DNA of 35,757 nt from Nemertoderma westbladi. Lineage: Eukaryota; Animalia; Xenacoelomorpha. The DNA lies in NCBI GenBank assembly GCA_032718475.1, contig JAUCBJ010002508.1:1-35757 (forward strand), in the 5' to 3' direction. Each line of letters opens with the position of its first letter. Position 1 is the first letter of the stretch. The notes below the pieces were generated by a model. It was not told the DNA's origin and made no database searches. It was given only the letters and a program-made list of their open reading frames with translations. Shown here in pieces: positions 19,890 to 30,551 of the stretch. The position numbers and the translations under genes are program-made.

Positions 19890-21491
19890 TGAAAGTGTCT
19901 ATCATTGGGACACTCAAGGGAGGTTTCGGTTGCAAAATTGAGTTTCTTTATTAACGCGCTCGCATTCAATCGTTTTGTATTTACAAATTACGGGCAGTTA
20001 TGATAATGAAATGTGGACAATAAAAGCACTAATAAATAACATAATATATTTCGATAACGTAGTAAAAATATTGATAAAATAAGGGGAGGGGAAATGAATG
20101 AAACATTTACTTCGAGTATATGTGGTTACAAATATCAGCAGAAATAAAGTGTTATCAAAGTAAATGAAATGGGACGAATGAAAAGGCGTGCAAGCGAGCG
20201 GACGGGGAGCGAGCGAGCGAGCGAGCGGTAAAAAACAATTTGTGACAACCGGTGGAGAAAATAGGAAGACTGACGAAATTGCTCAGAATGAAGTATATAA
20301 TGGTAAATTATTACATCGCGAGGTGATAACAGGAGGTCAAGATGCTGAATGGAGGGGGTCAGGCCTAAAACATGAGGTTTGCATTGATGTAACACATGAC
20401 GGTGCTAACATACTAGGGCTAACAAATTAGTAGATTCGACCAATGAATGTGCAGGGATACAATAATTCTGTTTGAGGTTGATGGGCGTTGTGAAGGGTTA
20501 TTATTATTAATTATATAATATAATGTCAGTATATATCGAGAGGGGGGTGGTTATATGAGTGAACATGTGGCAGCCCGCTTTAACCTGGGCCCACTTACAG
20601 TACTTGATAATGTTAGTGGGACTGAGGGGGGGCTTGTTAAGTGAATGATAAGTGGAATCTCGCTGCAACCCGAGTCCACGTACTGTACAAAATGATCATG
20701 TTAGTAAGACAAGACTTGGGGGGTTTATTATATGAATGAAATGTGGAATCCCGCTGTAACCCGAGTCCACGTACTGTACGAATGATTTATGTTAGTAAGA
20801 TGGATGGGTGTGTAGTACGTATTTTGATAATTTAAATGGTCAGATTATATTGAGGGTGCCGCACCAAGTCAAGGAATTTTGTTAGTTTCTGCTATAGATA
20901 GACTGGTCAATCTACGGGAATGAAAGTCTAGTTTTTCGATATGTGTGTGTACAAATATGCAAACATGCGAACCTTTTGATTGAAATACCGGTGACAACAA
21001 TGACATAATTTGGAGACGAAGTGAGTATTACAATTTTGGGACAAAACGATAAATACATAACCGAGGCGAAAATAAGAGAGGGCAGGGCTTCAAGTACTAG
21101 CACAATCAACTCACGTGTGGAGTTAGTAAGAAAGTGAAAGTAATTGAGAGGGTGAGGTCAAGTACTACCACAATCAACTCACGTGTGGAGTTAGTAAGAA
21201 AGTGAAAGTAATTGAGAGGGTGAGGTCAAGTACTACCACAATCAACTCACGTGTGGAGTTAGTAAGAAAGTGAAAGTAATTGAGAGGGTGAGGTCAAGTA
21301 CTAGCACTAACAACTCGCGATCGGAGTTAGTAAGAAAGTGAAGTAATTAACACAGAGTGAGAGAGAGAGTGAGTGAGAGAGAGACAGGGAGAGAGAGAGA
21401 AATCGATTAAAGGCGGGTAAAGCGAGTGAGGTAAAGTAAATCGAGTGATATAAAGTGAATGTTAAAGGAAATGTTAGAGCGTTGGTTGACA
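19890..21491 (-). repeat. 5' LTR, complete, 1602 bp
   Basis: TGTCAAC start at 21491. AATAAA at 19952-19947, a 6-bp U5 hairpin AGTGTC/GACACT and a CA end at 19890 abutting the PBS. The last 64 bp are inferred because the 3' LTR lacks them. Confidence 0.85.
20268..20300 (-). promoter_or_regulatory. LTR core promoter: TATA-like box + initiator
   Basis: Minus strand TATATA (20299-20294) lies 28 nt upstream of the A in TCAGTC (A at 20271), which is canonical TATA-Inr spacing. Same site in the 3' LTR at 10936-10968. Confidence 0.65.
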
Positions 21492-22716
21492 AATAGAATG
21501 CCTGTGGATCTATCGTCCACTGTGGCAGACCAGACCATGCGAAATATAATTTTCGGCCTGATATGGTCTAACAGCTTGGTTAGGTTGCCTTCCCATAGAT
21601 GGCCGAGCGTAATCTGCACACGTACCCGTTTGTATACATGTACCAGGTTTTGCTGCTGCTGTCACCGTAATAGTTATAGGATGATTTACTGTACATACCG
21701 TTAGAGGATTTGCTGTACAATTGGTATAATGTCCCCCCTACTGTATTGGTGACAATCACGCTTGTACTTTCAATTATTTGATTATTTCTACTGTTTATAA
21801 TATTGGGATTATTAAAATAATTATTTTGGTCTGATATTAAATCATTAATATTTGTTACCTTTCCATCATTATAAACTTGAGTTCCAACTGACTTTTTCAT
21901 TTGTCCAGTTAATATATCTAATTATCTATATATAATATATTATTCCTTATTCCTTTGTTGGTCTCTTTCATTTGGTCTTACTAATCGCTGGACAGGGAAC
22001 CGGTTATTGGAAAGTCCAGTCGAGTGATGTGTTTTGACCCCAGAAGTAGTGTCATAAATAAGAATGGTTGTGTAACTAGTCCTAATGTGCATCACACCAA
22101 TACACCAATAATGTTATCGCCACTACATTGCGAACAACGTACCAACCACCTAACAAATCTTAAGTAAATCCTATCATAACCTAAGCAACAAATATCAAGA
22201 AGAGAGAAAGAGTAAAGACTATTTGATGTAGAACTCAAGGAATAAAGTCCACATACAATATCGTCATTAAATACACAAATAATACCACTAACACCAACAT
22301 CTGGTCACTCTACAGTTAGCACATTAATCATTCCCTATAGCAAATCAAGGCACCTGTACTCTAACTAAACAATAAACATACTCATCCATCTGTGAAGGCT
22401 CTCCTAACATAATATATTGTCCCCTTCTACTGAATAACAATTGTTACCTCCTCATTACCGGAAGTATACTGTTTTTCTATGGTATAATAACCACTACAAT
22501 ATAATCATTACACTTGATTGGGCTTTAGCTAATACACAGTGTTTAAACTTTCTTCAATACGTGATATATTGCCTGCTCACACCTCACCCATGTAACTAAA
22601 CGCCACACCTTCATACATCATATCTCACCATGTAGCCAATAATACATCCTCCGTGTTTACAAATCTAATTGTCCTTTATTGGTTTTGGTATTATCATTTA
22701 CACCCTTCATTGATAT

Positions 22717-22824
22717 TTAGCAGGCGAGGTTTGTTGTGGCTTTCTTATAGGCGAAGAATGTACCCAACCGCGTATGGCTCTGTTCTTGCACATAGTCTGT
22801 ATTAAAGTAGACCTTCTTACTTTC
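22717..22824 (-). CDS. Putative host gene, terminal coding exon (ESKKVYFNTDYVQEQSHTRLGTFFAYKKATTNLAC*)
   Basis: Acceptor ttgctctgtag, phase 0 matching the upstream exon, 89-nt intron, TAA at 22719-22717 and AATAAA at 22680-22675. An alternative acceptor exists at ~22851. Confidence 0.45.
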   Translation of the reverse strand, partial: ESKKVYFNTDYVQEQSHTRLGTFFAYKKATTNLAC

Positions 22825-22913
22825 CTACAGAGCAATTGTTTGTACTGCACCTATAACGTGTACTGCACATATGATGTTTGCCGTTTATACGTAAGACTGA
22901 AATGTTTACTCAC

Positions 22914-23059
22914 CGCGCAGCTTTGACATTCAGCACCATACTGAACAATAGCACCGCTGTCGGCAACAGCTTTGTTAGTGACAGCTTCAATGTAGGCATC
23001 TATTTCATCACTTCCAGAGTCCATTGACAAGGAAAACCTCTCGTGGCAATCCAATAACC
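22914..23059 (-). CDS. Putative host gene, internal exon (G)LLDCHERF..GAECQSCA
   Basis: 146-nt open exon with strong donor CG|GTGAGT, weak AAG acceptor, and a phase-1 start matching the signal-peptide exon. Confidence 0.55.
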
Positions 23060-23075
23060 CTTAATTGGGAATTAA

Positions 23076-23343
23076 AAAAATAAACTTGCAATTGCGGATT
23101 TAGACTCATTAGGCCAAGGAATGCCTGTTAATCACCATATGGGTGTTCTTCCACAGTAAACCCTTCCACTCTGTTTCCCAAGTTGCCTTGATTCCCATTT
23201 ATCGACCACTGAAGGATGAAAGCCGGGGTTGGGCTAGGCTGCATCATTTAAAGCACTGTGTCCAAACAGTGTTACCCCAACTAGGGATCGAACCAGGGCT
23301 TCCTAATTGAAAGCCCAAGAATGTCACCACTAGACTAAGCTAC
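23076..23343 (-). mobile_element. tRNA-derived SINE with Meta-domain-like core
   Basis: A box TAGTCTAGTGG, B box GGTTCGATCCC (tRNA-Glu-like, CTTTCA loop). Core CCCAACCCCGGCTTTCATCCTTCAGTGGTCGATAAATGGG resembles the MetaSINE domain as I recall it. T-rich tail and possible TSD AATTAA (23070-23075 / 23344-23349). Confidence 0.8.
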
Positions 23344-23883
23344 AATTAATATTACTCAATGTGATAAACTTCAACACATTATAAGTAATTATAAGGTTTA
23401 GAATTAAACCATAAAGTATTAAATGGGATTAGCCCTATACACACTTCGCCACCCCAGAAACCAATATGTTTCGAGACCTGAAACAACTGTCACCACTCTA
23501 CAGCATCGATGCCAGTTAACATGCAATGTTTGGATTAGGTCTGCATGTAGGCGACGATACTCCAGAATAGGGAGACCAAGATAGCGTAGATGTTCTGTAT
23601 ATGTTCTGTCCCTTATATTTTTAATTGGGCAGTTTGTGCGTCTTTGGACTGATTCGAGGAGTTGCATTTGACCAATTTTATATGTGACCAGACAAGAGAA
23701 GCATATTCTGAAACTGGACGGACCAGAGATTTGTATAAGCTGGTAAACAATATTTGGTCGAAATTCCTGAAGCTTCGAAACATCAAACCAAGAACTTTGA
23801 TTGCCTTCTTTGTAATTGTCGCAATGTGACTGTCAAATTGAAGATCACTTTCTAAGATCACACCTAGTCCTTCTCCTTTAAAA

Positions 23884-25436
23884 CCCTATTAGTACCGGGC
23901 TATAAAATGTTGTACAAATACCGGGGAGGGGTCATATTGACCCCCCCCTCTAAAATCTACAAATATTTACGAAAACGTCTGATTTTTTGTTTGTACGTAG
24001 GTATCACTTGTCTGGATCCGACCGAAAAAAAAAATTTTCGAAAAATGTACTGGGGTGGTTATATTGCAGCACCAAAATTACAAGTAGTGCACAATTTTCA
24101 CCAAATTTGAAAGTTACATTTTCGGCTAATTATTTTTCAATACAGGTTTTCTGGGGTGCAAAATACATTGGAAAATATTAAAAAATGATATGATTACTAT
24201 AAATGGCTGTTTAGTCCTCTCTGCGTAGGAAAAAAATGAAAAAAAAACAAGTAACCAGCACTTTTCAATTAGAACACAAAATTTTTAATTCACTTATACG
24301 ATGCTATAAATTCACATTTTCAGGTTTTCGAGGGCGCTGATTCTAATGTAATACATTTCTAATGTGCCAGATCATTGCTACTTGTATTTTTCGGCGTAAT
24401 TTGGCAAATTTTGGTTCTAGCACCAAATTTCGTACCCATCACCAAAAAGTACAAGTTTGCGATGTCCAGTGCTGTTTTTATTGATTCCATCAGATTCAGG
24501 ACCCTCATAAACCCGTATAACGCAAGAAACAAGGTGATACTATCTACTTATCAATTTGCATATTTTCCAAAATTTGGTGCTGGCACAACAATTTTCACCC
24601 ACCGGCTAAAAATACAAGTTTGAGAACTCTTATGAAATTTTTACTGATTCCATTGAATTCAGAACTATCTCAAACCCGTATAACGCAAGAAACAAGGTGA
24701 CACAATCAATTGATATATTTGATGGTTTTCAAAATTTGGTGCTAGCACCACATTTTGCACCCACATCCGAAAAATACAAGTTTGAGATGTCTAGTTCGAT
24801 AATCATATTTTCCATTGAATTCAGAACAGCCATAAACCTCTAAAACGCAAGAAATAAATTGTCACAAGCAATTTTATCTATTGAATGGATTTTCAAAATT
24901 TCGTGCTAGCACCAAAATTTGCACACAGCACCGAAAAATACAAGTTTGATACGCTTGGTGCAACTCGTATATATTTCATCGAATCCAGAAACCCAAAAAA
25001 CCCCAATTGCGTAAAAAACAAGTTTAAAACGTTCAATTTACAAAATTGACTTATTTCAAAATTTGGTGCTGGCACCAAAATTTGGTACCCGCCGAAAAAT
25101 ACAAGTTTGAAATTTCTAAATCAATTGATATGAATTCCATCAAATTTCTAACACCAAAAAACCGGTGTAAATCAAAAATAGAGATGTTACAATTCATATT
25201 TAATGAAATGTAATTTTCAAAAAACGTCTCAAAAAAAGTGCCAAAAGTAGGGTTAAAAAATGGTGCTATAACTCGAAAAGTACCCAATATTTTTGAAAAC
25301 GGTTTTCACTACTAGGAAGACAATAGATTTTTAGGAAAAGTCATAAAATTTCAGATTCCCAACTGCGTTTGTTTCAGAATTATAATAAAAAAACCATGGG
25401 AGGGGTCATATTGACCCCCCCCCGGGTTTAATAGGG
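23884..25436 (+). mobile_element. piggyBac-like MITE, complete, 1553 bp
   Basis: Termini CCCTATTA..TAATAGGG followed by TTAA (25437-25440); left flank degenerate (tttaaaa). GGGGTCATATTGACCCC palindrome near both ends. Five ~162-bp internal repeats. No transposase. Confidence 0.85.
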
Positions 25437-25643
25437 TTAATGTTCGGCTAATTATTGATAATCCAAGCTTGTAGACGAATTTGGGTTATTACTTCCAATG
25501 TGCATTATTTTGCACTTGTCAAAGTTGAAATATAGTCTCCAAGTAATGCTCCATGCATCGAGAACACCCAAATCACATTGCAGAGGGCCTGATATCAGTG
25601 AAGGGATTGGGTTGAAAATACAACTGTTTTTCAAATCATCAAC

Positions 25644-28600
25644 TACTACTACTACTAGGTCGAGCGAACTCGGACAGTGGAAATGAGATCCTTCCAGGCT
25701 TCCCGATTCTCCATAGTTGTCGCAATTTCGTTTCTCCTAAGTTCAGTATCCCTTTCAAGTTGATCTATATATGTTATGGCCAGTCATCCACGACTACGCT
25801 TTCCATGAGTTGGTTGCCAGAAAAGTAGATCTGGTATGACCTCGTCTTTACTTCGTCAGCAGTGCCCACTGAATCTTATTCTGCGTTCACGGAGGGTGGT
25901 TGATACAGGTGGTATTGTACCATAAAGCTCGGCGTTAGTCAGTGTCCAGGTCTCACCCCCATATAAAAATACACTTTCCACTGTGGCTCGAAAGAACTTA
26001 GTCTTCAGGTGCCTGGAGAGATCTGATTTCCAGATGGTATCCATTTTTGATAGAGCTACCCAAGCCTTTGCTTTCCTAACTTCTATGTCCTTTTTGCTAC
26101 TCTCTCTCCATGATCCAAGATACTGGAAGTCATCGACCTTCCTTAGTTGATTATTATCAATGGTTGTCAAGTTTCCATCAACATTAAAGGTCATGAATTC
26201 GGTCTTTGTAGCATGTATATGCAATCCAACCTCCTTAGCAGCCCTCTTCACTTTATTTAGTAGAAGCTGTGCATCTGCTAGGGTATTAGAGAGCAGCGCG
26301 ATGTCATCCGCAAAGTCGGTGTCTGTGACTGTAGTTGCCGGATATCTACTACTTCTGCGTTCTTGAAGTGTGAATCCCAGGTCTTCACCCTTTGTGGCCG
26401 TCCTCATTGCGTAATCCAGCACAATTACAAATAGTAATGGTGCTAGTGTGTCACCTTGCAGTACGCCAGCCAGGATTGAGAAAAACTCAGTTTCCCATCT
26501 GGTGAGAGTACCTGCGCTTCTGTGTCACAATATAACAATCCAATGTGTGACGGGATCCGAGAGGATCCCGGTTTATCCGGTGTCGCTTATGTACGCGTCC
26601 CCGCCGTGCGAATGAAGAGATAATAGTTTGCGTTGTTCCGATGTTATTGATAACATAATACTGTAATATATATAATATGGTAAATATAGATAGCAGATAG
26701 CAGTTGACCGGTAATAACTGAGTAAACTGGTGACGGCGATGACGGTCTAAATTGTCACCGTACTACCGTGACTGTAGTGACAGACTGAGATAACTGAGGT
26801 GAATGAATAGCACGACTGGTAATATATTGCACGGTTTGGCCTTATTACTGTACCTAGTCGATGCTGTCCCCCCATTGGCTAATATCCCACTTCTCGCCCT
26901 TTCACCTTCCCTGGTGTGTTTCCCGTTGCCCCTGTTGTTCTCTCTCTGTTAGGGGTTTGGCCCCTGACCCCTATTGTGTGTTTCTCCTTCCCTTCCCACT
27001 TTATTGGGGTGACACGAGGTTGATATTGGTAATCAACCTCGTGCTCCCAATATTGCTTTATGGCTCACTTTATGGGGTTTGGTGAGGTGGAATTGATTCG
27101 CTAACACAATGCCAGCAACAATTACTTCTGGTATTCCATAAGCTCTTAGGATTTCAAGCATTTTACCTCTATGGATGGAGTCGAATGCCTTCTTGAAGTC
27201 CACAAAAGTCATGACAGCGGGGAGATTCTTTGACTTAATTCCTTCAATCAGTCTCCGTAGTGCAAGTATCTGAGCTATTGTTGATCTACTTGGTCGAAAT
27301 CCGTTTTGGCTCTTACGCAGTAGTTTCTCTATGTGAGGCCTAATCCTATATAGAATCATTTTATTGTATATTTTGGCAGCTACCACAAGCAGACAGATCC
27401 CACGATAGTTTGTTGGTATGCCGAGGTCTCCTTTCTTGGGGAGAGGCTTTAGTTGACCTTTAGTCCAAATTGGTGGTGGCTTTTCCCCTTTTAACATCCG
27501 GTTGCAAACATTCAATAATGGTCTGTTTAGCACTCCGGTTTTCCATACCTCCGCTGGGATTTCATCTAATCCACTCGCTTTATTATTGGACATGCTTTTA
27601 ATGCTTCTTTTGCAGTTCGGCAGGTGTGAAGTCCCCTGTTTCTATAGGTAGTGTCTTGTCATATATTTTCCTTGTAGGGCTGACTTCGATGTTTGGTGGC
27701 TGCCCAAGCAAGTTGCTGAAGTGATTTTTCCACTTCCCAACATGTTCTTCAGGACTATCGGCTTTGAGGCGCCCCTTTGCACAACTTTTCCGACCAGATA
27801 CCTCATTTACAGTTTGCCAGGTAAGTCTTGATTGTTGCTGTATGTGAGCAGTTGTAATTGCTTCAGTTTTATCCTGTATGTACTTTTCCTGGCTGATGTT
27901 GTAGGCCAATTTAAGATCGTCCTTAGCTTTCTCAACCTTGTTAATGTTTTCGGTTGTTGGTTGTTCGGTTTTAACTTTGTAGGCTATCTTAAGATCTTCT
28001 CTCTTACAAGTAACCTCAGAGTTTTGCCATGGCACATATTGTTTTCGTTTGGGTTTCTGGGGGATATGCCTCTTAGCTGATTCCTTGTGGGCTGTTATTA
28101 TATTCTGGTATATTGAATTGGTGGATTGGTCTTCATCCATTGACTGAAGTGCTTCAAAGCGGTTTTGAACTTCTACTGTATAAGCATCCTTTACAGCATT
28201 GTCAGTTCTGAGTTTTTCCCAGTCATATTTGATTTGCTTGCTTGTCCTGGGTTTGCTGGCTCTCAAACTGAGTCTGATCTCTGCAGTCACAATTCTGTGG
28301 TCCGAACCAATTAGGTTGAACGAGCTGTATGCCTCGCAGTTGATCATGCTGTTTCTCCACTTTTTGATTATAAGGATGTAATCCAGTTGTGCTTTGGTTC
28401 CATTAGGGTATTGAAAGGTCCATAGCTTCCCCTTACTCTTTTCGAATGTGTTGTTTGTTGGTATCAATTCACATTCTTCCATTAGGTCTAAAAGTAAGTA
28501 CCCATTTCTGTTAGAACTGGTGTTATAGGTGTAACCCTTGAGGTCTTCTGGGCCAATTTGGGCATTCAGGTCACCAGCAATGACTTTAACATTGTGTTTC

Positions 28601-28783
28601 AGAATGTCCTTTATAAGTCCAGTCAGTTCTTCATAAAACTTGACTGCTTGTTCTGGCTCTGAGGCATTGGTTGGACTGTAGCAACATATAACTGTTGCCT
28701 TGGGATTCCCATCAAATGTTGCGATCATAACCCTGGAATTTATAGATTCAATGTTGTTTAGGGTCTTAAATGGGCTTAGCAGA
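25644..28783 (-). mobile_element. RTE-clade LINE (APE-RT), 5'-truncated and pseudogenised
   Basis: APE CYSPT..GDLNAQIG..QLDYILI..GSDHRIV (27598-28791). RT PLPKKGDL..NYRGI..FVDFKKAFDSI, GVLQGDTLAP, DFADDIALL. (TAG)n tail. TSD ATCAAC (25638-25643 / 28784-28789). Frameshifts and an internal deletion near 25935. Confidence 0.93.
26546..27106 (+). mobile_element. 561-bp TG..CA element, copy B of the TGTGACGGGATC family
   Basis: 5-bp TSD CAATG (26541-26545 / 27107-27111). Starts TGTGACGGGATC, ends GGAATTGATTCGCTAACA. Splits the RTE RT. Confidence 0.9.
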
Positions 28784-29801
28784 ATCAACAAAAATATAAA
28801 TGTTGTTGGTGATGAAATTTAGGTTATCGTTGACAAATCCAATGAACATTATAACTCCCGCAATGCTACCTTTACCTCACCTTTAACCATGAACCACAGA
28901 GAACATTCACCAGAGACAACAACTCGTTGAAATCGGTTGGTGATTAAATTGTACTAATTACCTGCAATCCCCAGAGACTTCAACTTTTCTATTAGGTGTC
29001 AGTGTGGTACCTAGTAAAAATCCTTTTTAAAATCGAGATATGCGACATCAACACAATTTCCAACATCAAGAGCCGCAGACAAGTTAGATGACATCTAGCA
29101 ACTGAAAAGTGCAGGACCTACCACGAAGACAACCATACTGGTCCTTTGTAATGCGTAGAAATTCTTGTAGATATAAATATATTACATCACGTGCAAACAA
29201 CACTTGTTAAGCTTATGCCTCTGAAGTTGCTCCACAAGTTCTTTTTTCCAATTTTATACAGTGGTACAACATTTGCCAGTTTCCAATCACTGGGTAGAGT
29301 ATGGGTATCCATTGATTTTTTAAATATAATTGATAGTAGATTAGCAATGGATAATGCAGTTTCCTTTAAAACTTGTGGATAGACATTGTCTGGTCCAGGA
29401 GAACTTGTTGATTTCATTTTCTTTATGGAGTTTAGGACTGACTCACAAGAAAAGTCTACTTAACTCAACAGTGGTGCGTTAGAAGGGGGATGTTTAGCAG
29501 AGAAAATGTCAATGTCAGATTCTACCATGAAAATGCTGTTAAAATACTTGTTTAGAGAAGTCGCTTTGGCAATATTAGTCTGAGCAGTGAAACCATCATC
29601 ATTAATGAGATCACAGACAGAGACATCTGGACTTTCTGTTTAGTACTACATATCACCAAAATTCTTTCTGATTAGTAGCTCCCTTGAGGGATGGTGCGCT
29701 CCATGTCAGCGTGAGCTTTGCGCATTGCAGTAGTGCAAATATTCCTAGGATAACACATTGTATCCTACACCATGTTAGCTTGTCTGTACGGGCATGGCAA
29801 G

Positions 29802-30178
29802 CGCTTTAGGTCAATGGGTACAAAGGTCAATGGGTACAACAACGGGTCAAAGGGAACAAAACGAGTCAAAGGGTACAAAACAGGACGTCAAAAGGTACAA
29901 AAAAAAACGAGTCAAAGTGTACAACATCAAAGGGTACAAACAAGGCGGTTATATAGTTATTTTATTATTTTGGTTAGGGTTAGTTGGTCAGGCCTCAACC
30001 ATAATTAAAACTGTCATGTAACCCTAACCCTAAGTCATAATCTAAGTAATTCCGCAAAATATCTTAAATTATAACTTAGGATTAGGGTTACATGACAGTT
30101 TTAATTAGGGTTGAGGCCGCCACTACTGTAACCATTGTTTGTACTCTTTGACGCGATGTACCCATTGACTCAGAATCT
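29802..30178. mobile_element. Foldback/MITE-type non-autonomous DNA transposon
   Basis: 8-bp direct repeat ATGGCAAG (29794-29801 / 30179-30186). Subterminal gtcaa(a/t)gggtaca repeats inverted at the two ends. Internal ~50-bp inverted arms (~29990-30041 / ~30069-30118). Confidence 0.75.
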
Positions 30179-30496
30179 ATGGCAAGGCAAGAATTCGAAA
30201 TTCAGTACCATTTTTTTATCGAATAATATTCCTATATACTCTTCGAATATTATTCAAAGAATGTGGTTTTTTGCAAACGATTGTGCGTGCTAGTGTGAGT
30301 AGATAGGTATTAATAGTAATTTCTGTTTTAGTTTTATATACTTAGAAATGAACTTTTGCTAATTGGATGAAGTACTGACCACTAAACAGTGTCTGTATAT
30401 ATTCAAATTTATATTGGTATTTTTAAATTTATGATACATTTATATTTACTATTTACATTTACATATAAAAAACCCTTGCCCTTATGGTCTACTTAC

Positions 30497-30551
30497 CATA
30501 TGCTGAGTCAACTGATGCCAAAACAGCCATTAACATAATATATTCAAACAT
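30497..30551 (-). CDS. Putative host gene, first coding exon: signal peptide MFEYIMLMAVLASVDSAY(G)
   Basis: Exon 30497-30567 bounded by acceptor ttttcattttccag and perfect donor G|GTAAGT. Hydrophobic core followed by a phase-1 intron, typical of secreted proteins. Confidence 0.65.

Larger units (their letters stand above)
10622..21491 (-). mobile_element. BEL/Pao (Belpaoviridae) LTR retrotransposon, near full length, young
   Basis: Near-identical LTRs, PPT, and gag (three Cys-His motifs)-PR-RT-RNH-INT in BEL/Pao order and motif style. No env-sized ORF (~230 bp between the pol stop and the PPT). Confidence 0.97.
23520..29640 (-). pseudogene. Degenerate CR1 LINE RT in three pieces (28790-29640, 25441-25643, 23520-23880)
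   Basis: SPGPDNVYPQVLKE..DWKLANVVPLYK..FRGISLTSVVC; IYIF|VDD split by the RTE; LQCDL..WRLYFNFDKCKIMHIG; DLGVIL..LYKSLVRP..LLESVQRR..LEYRRLHADLI. Confidence 0.85.

Noticed and set aside
22826-22850. CSTNNC as a Ly6-type C-terminal motif
   Set aside because: Out of phase with the upstream phase-0 donor and lacks the CC..CN pattern; it falls in the predicted intron.
25638-25643. RTE target-site specificity for ATCAAC (also in the 9113 TSD)
   Set aside because: Only two sites, with the motif in opposite orientation relative to the element; chance or tail microhomology suffices.
29970-30112. Interstitial telomere
   Set aside because: Only 1-2 TTAGGG units at a time, embedded in the foldback element.
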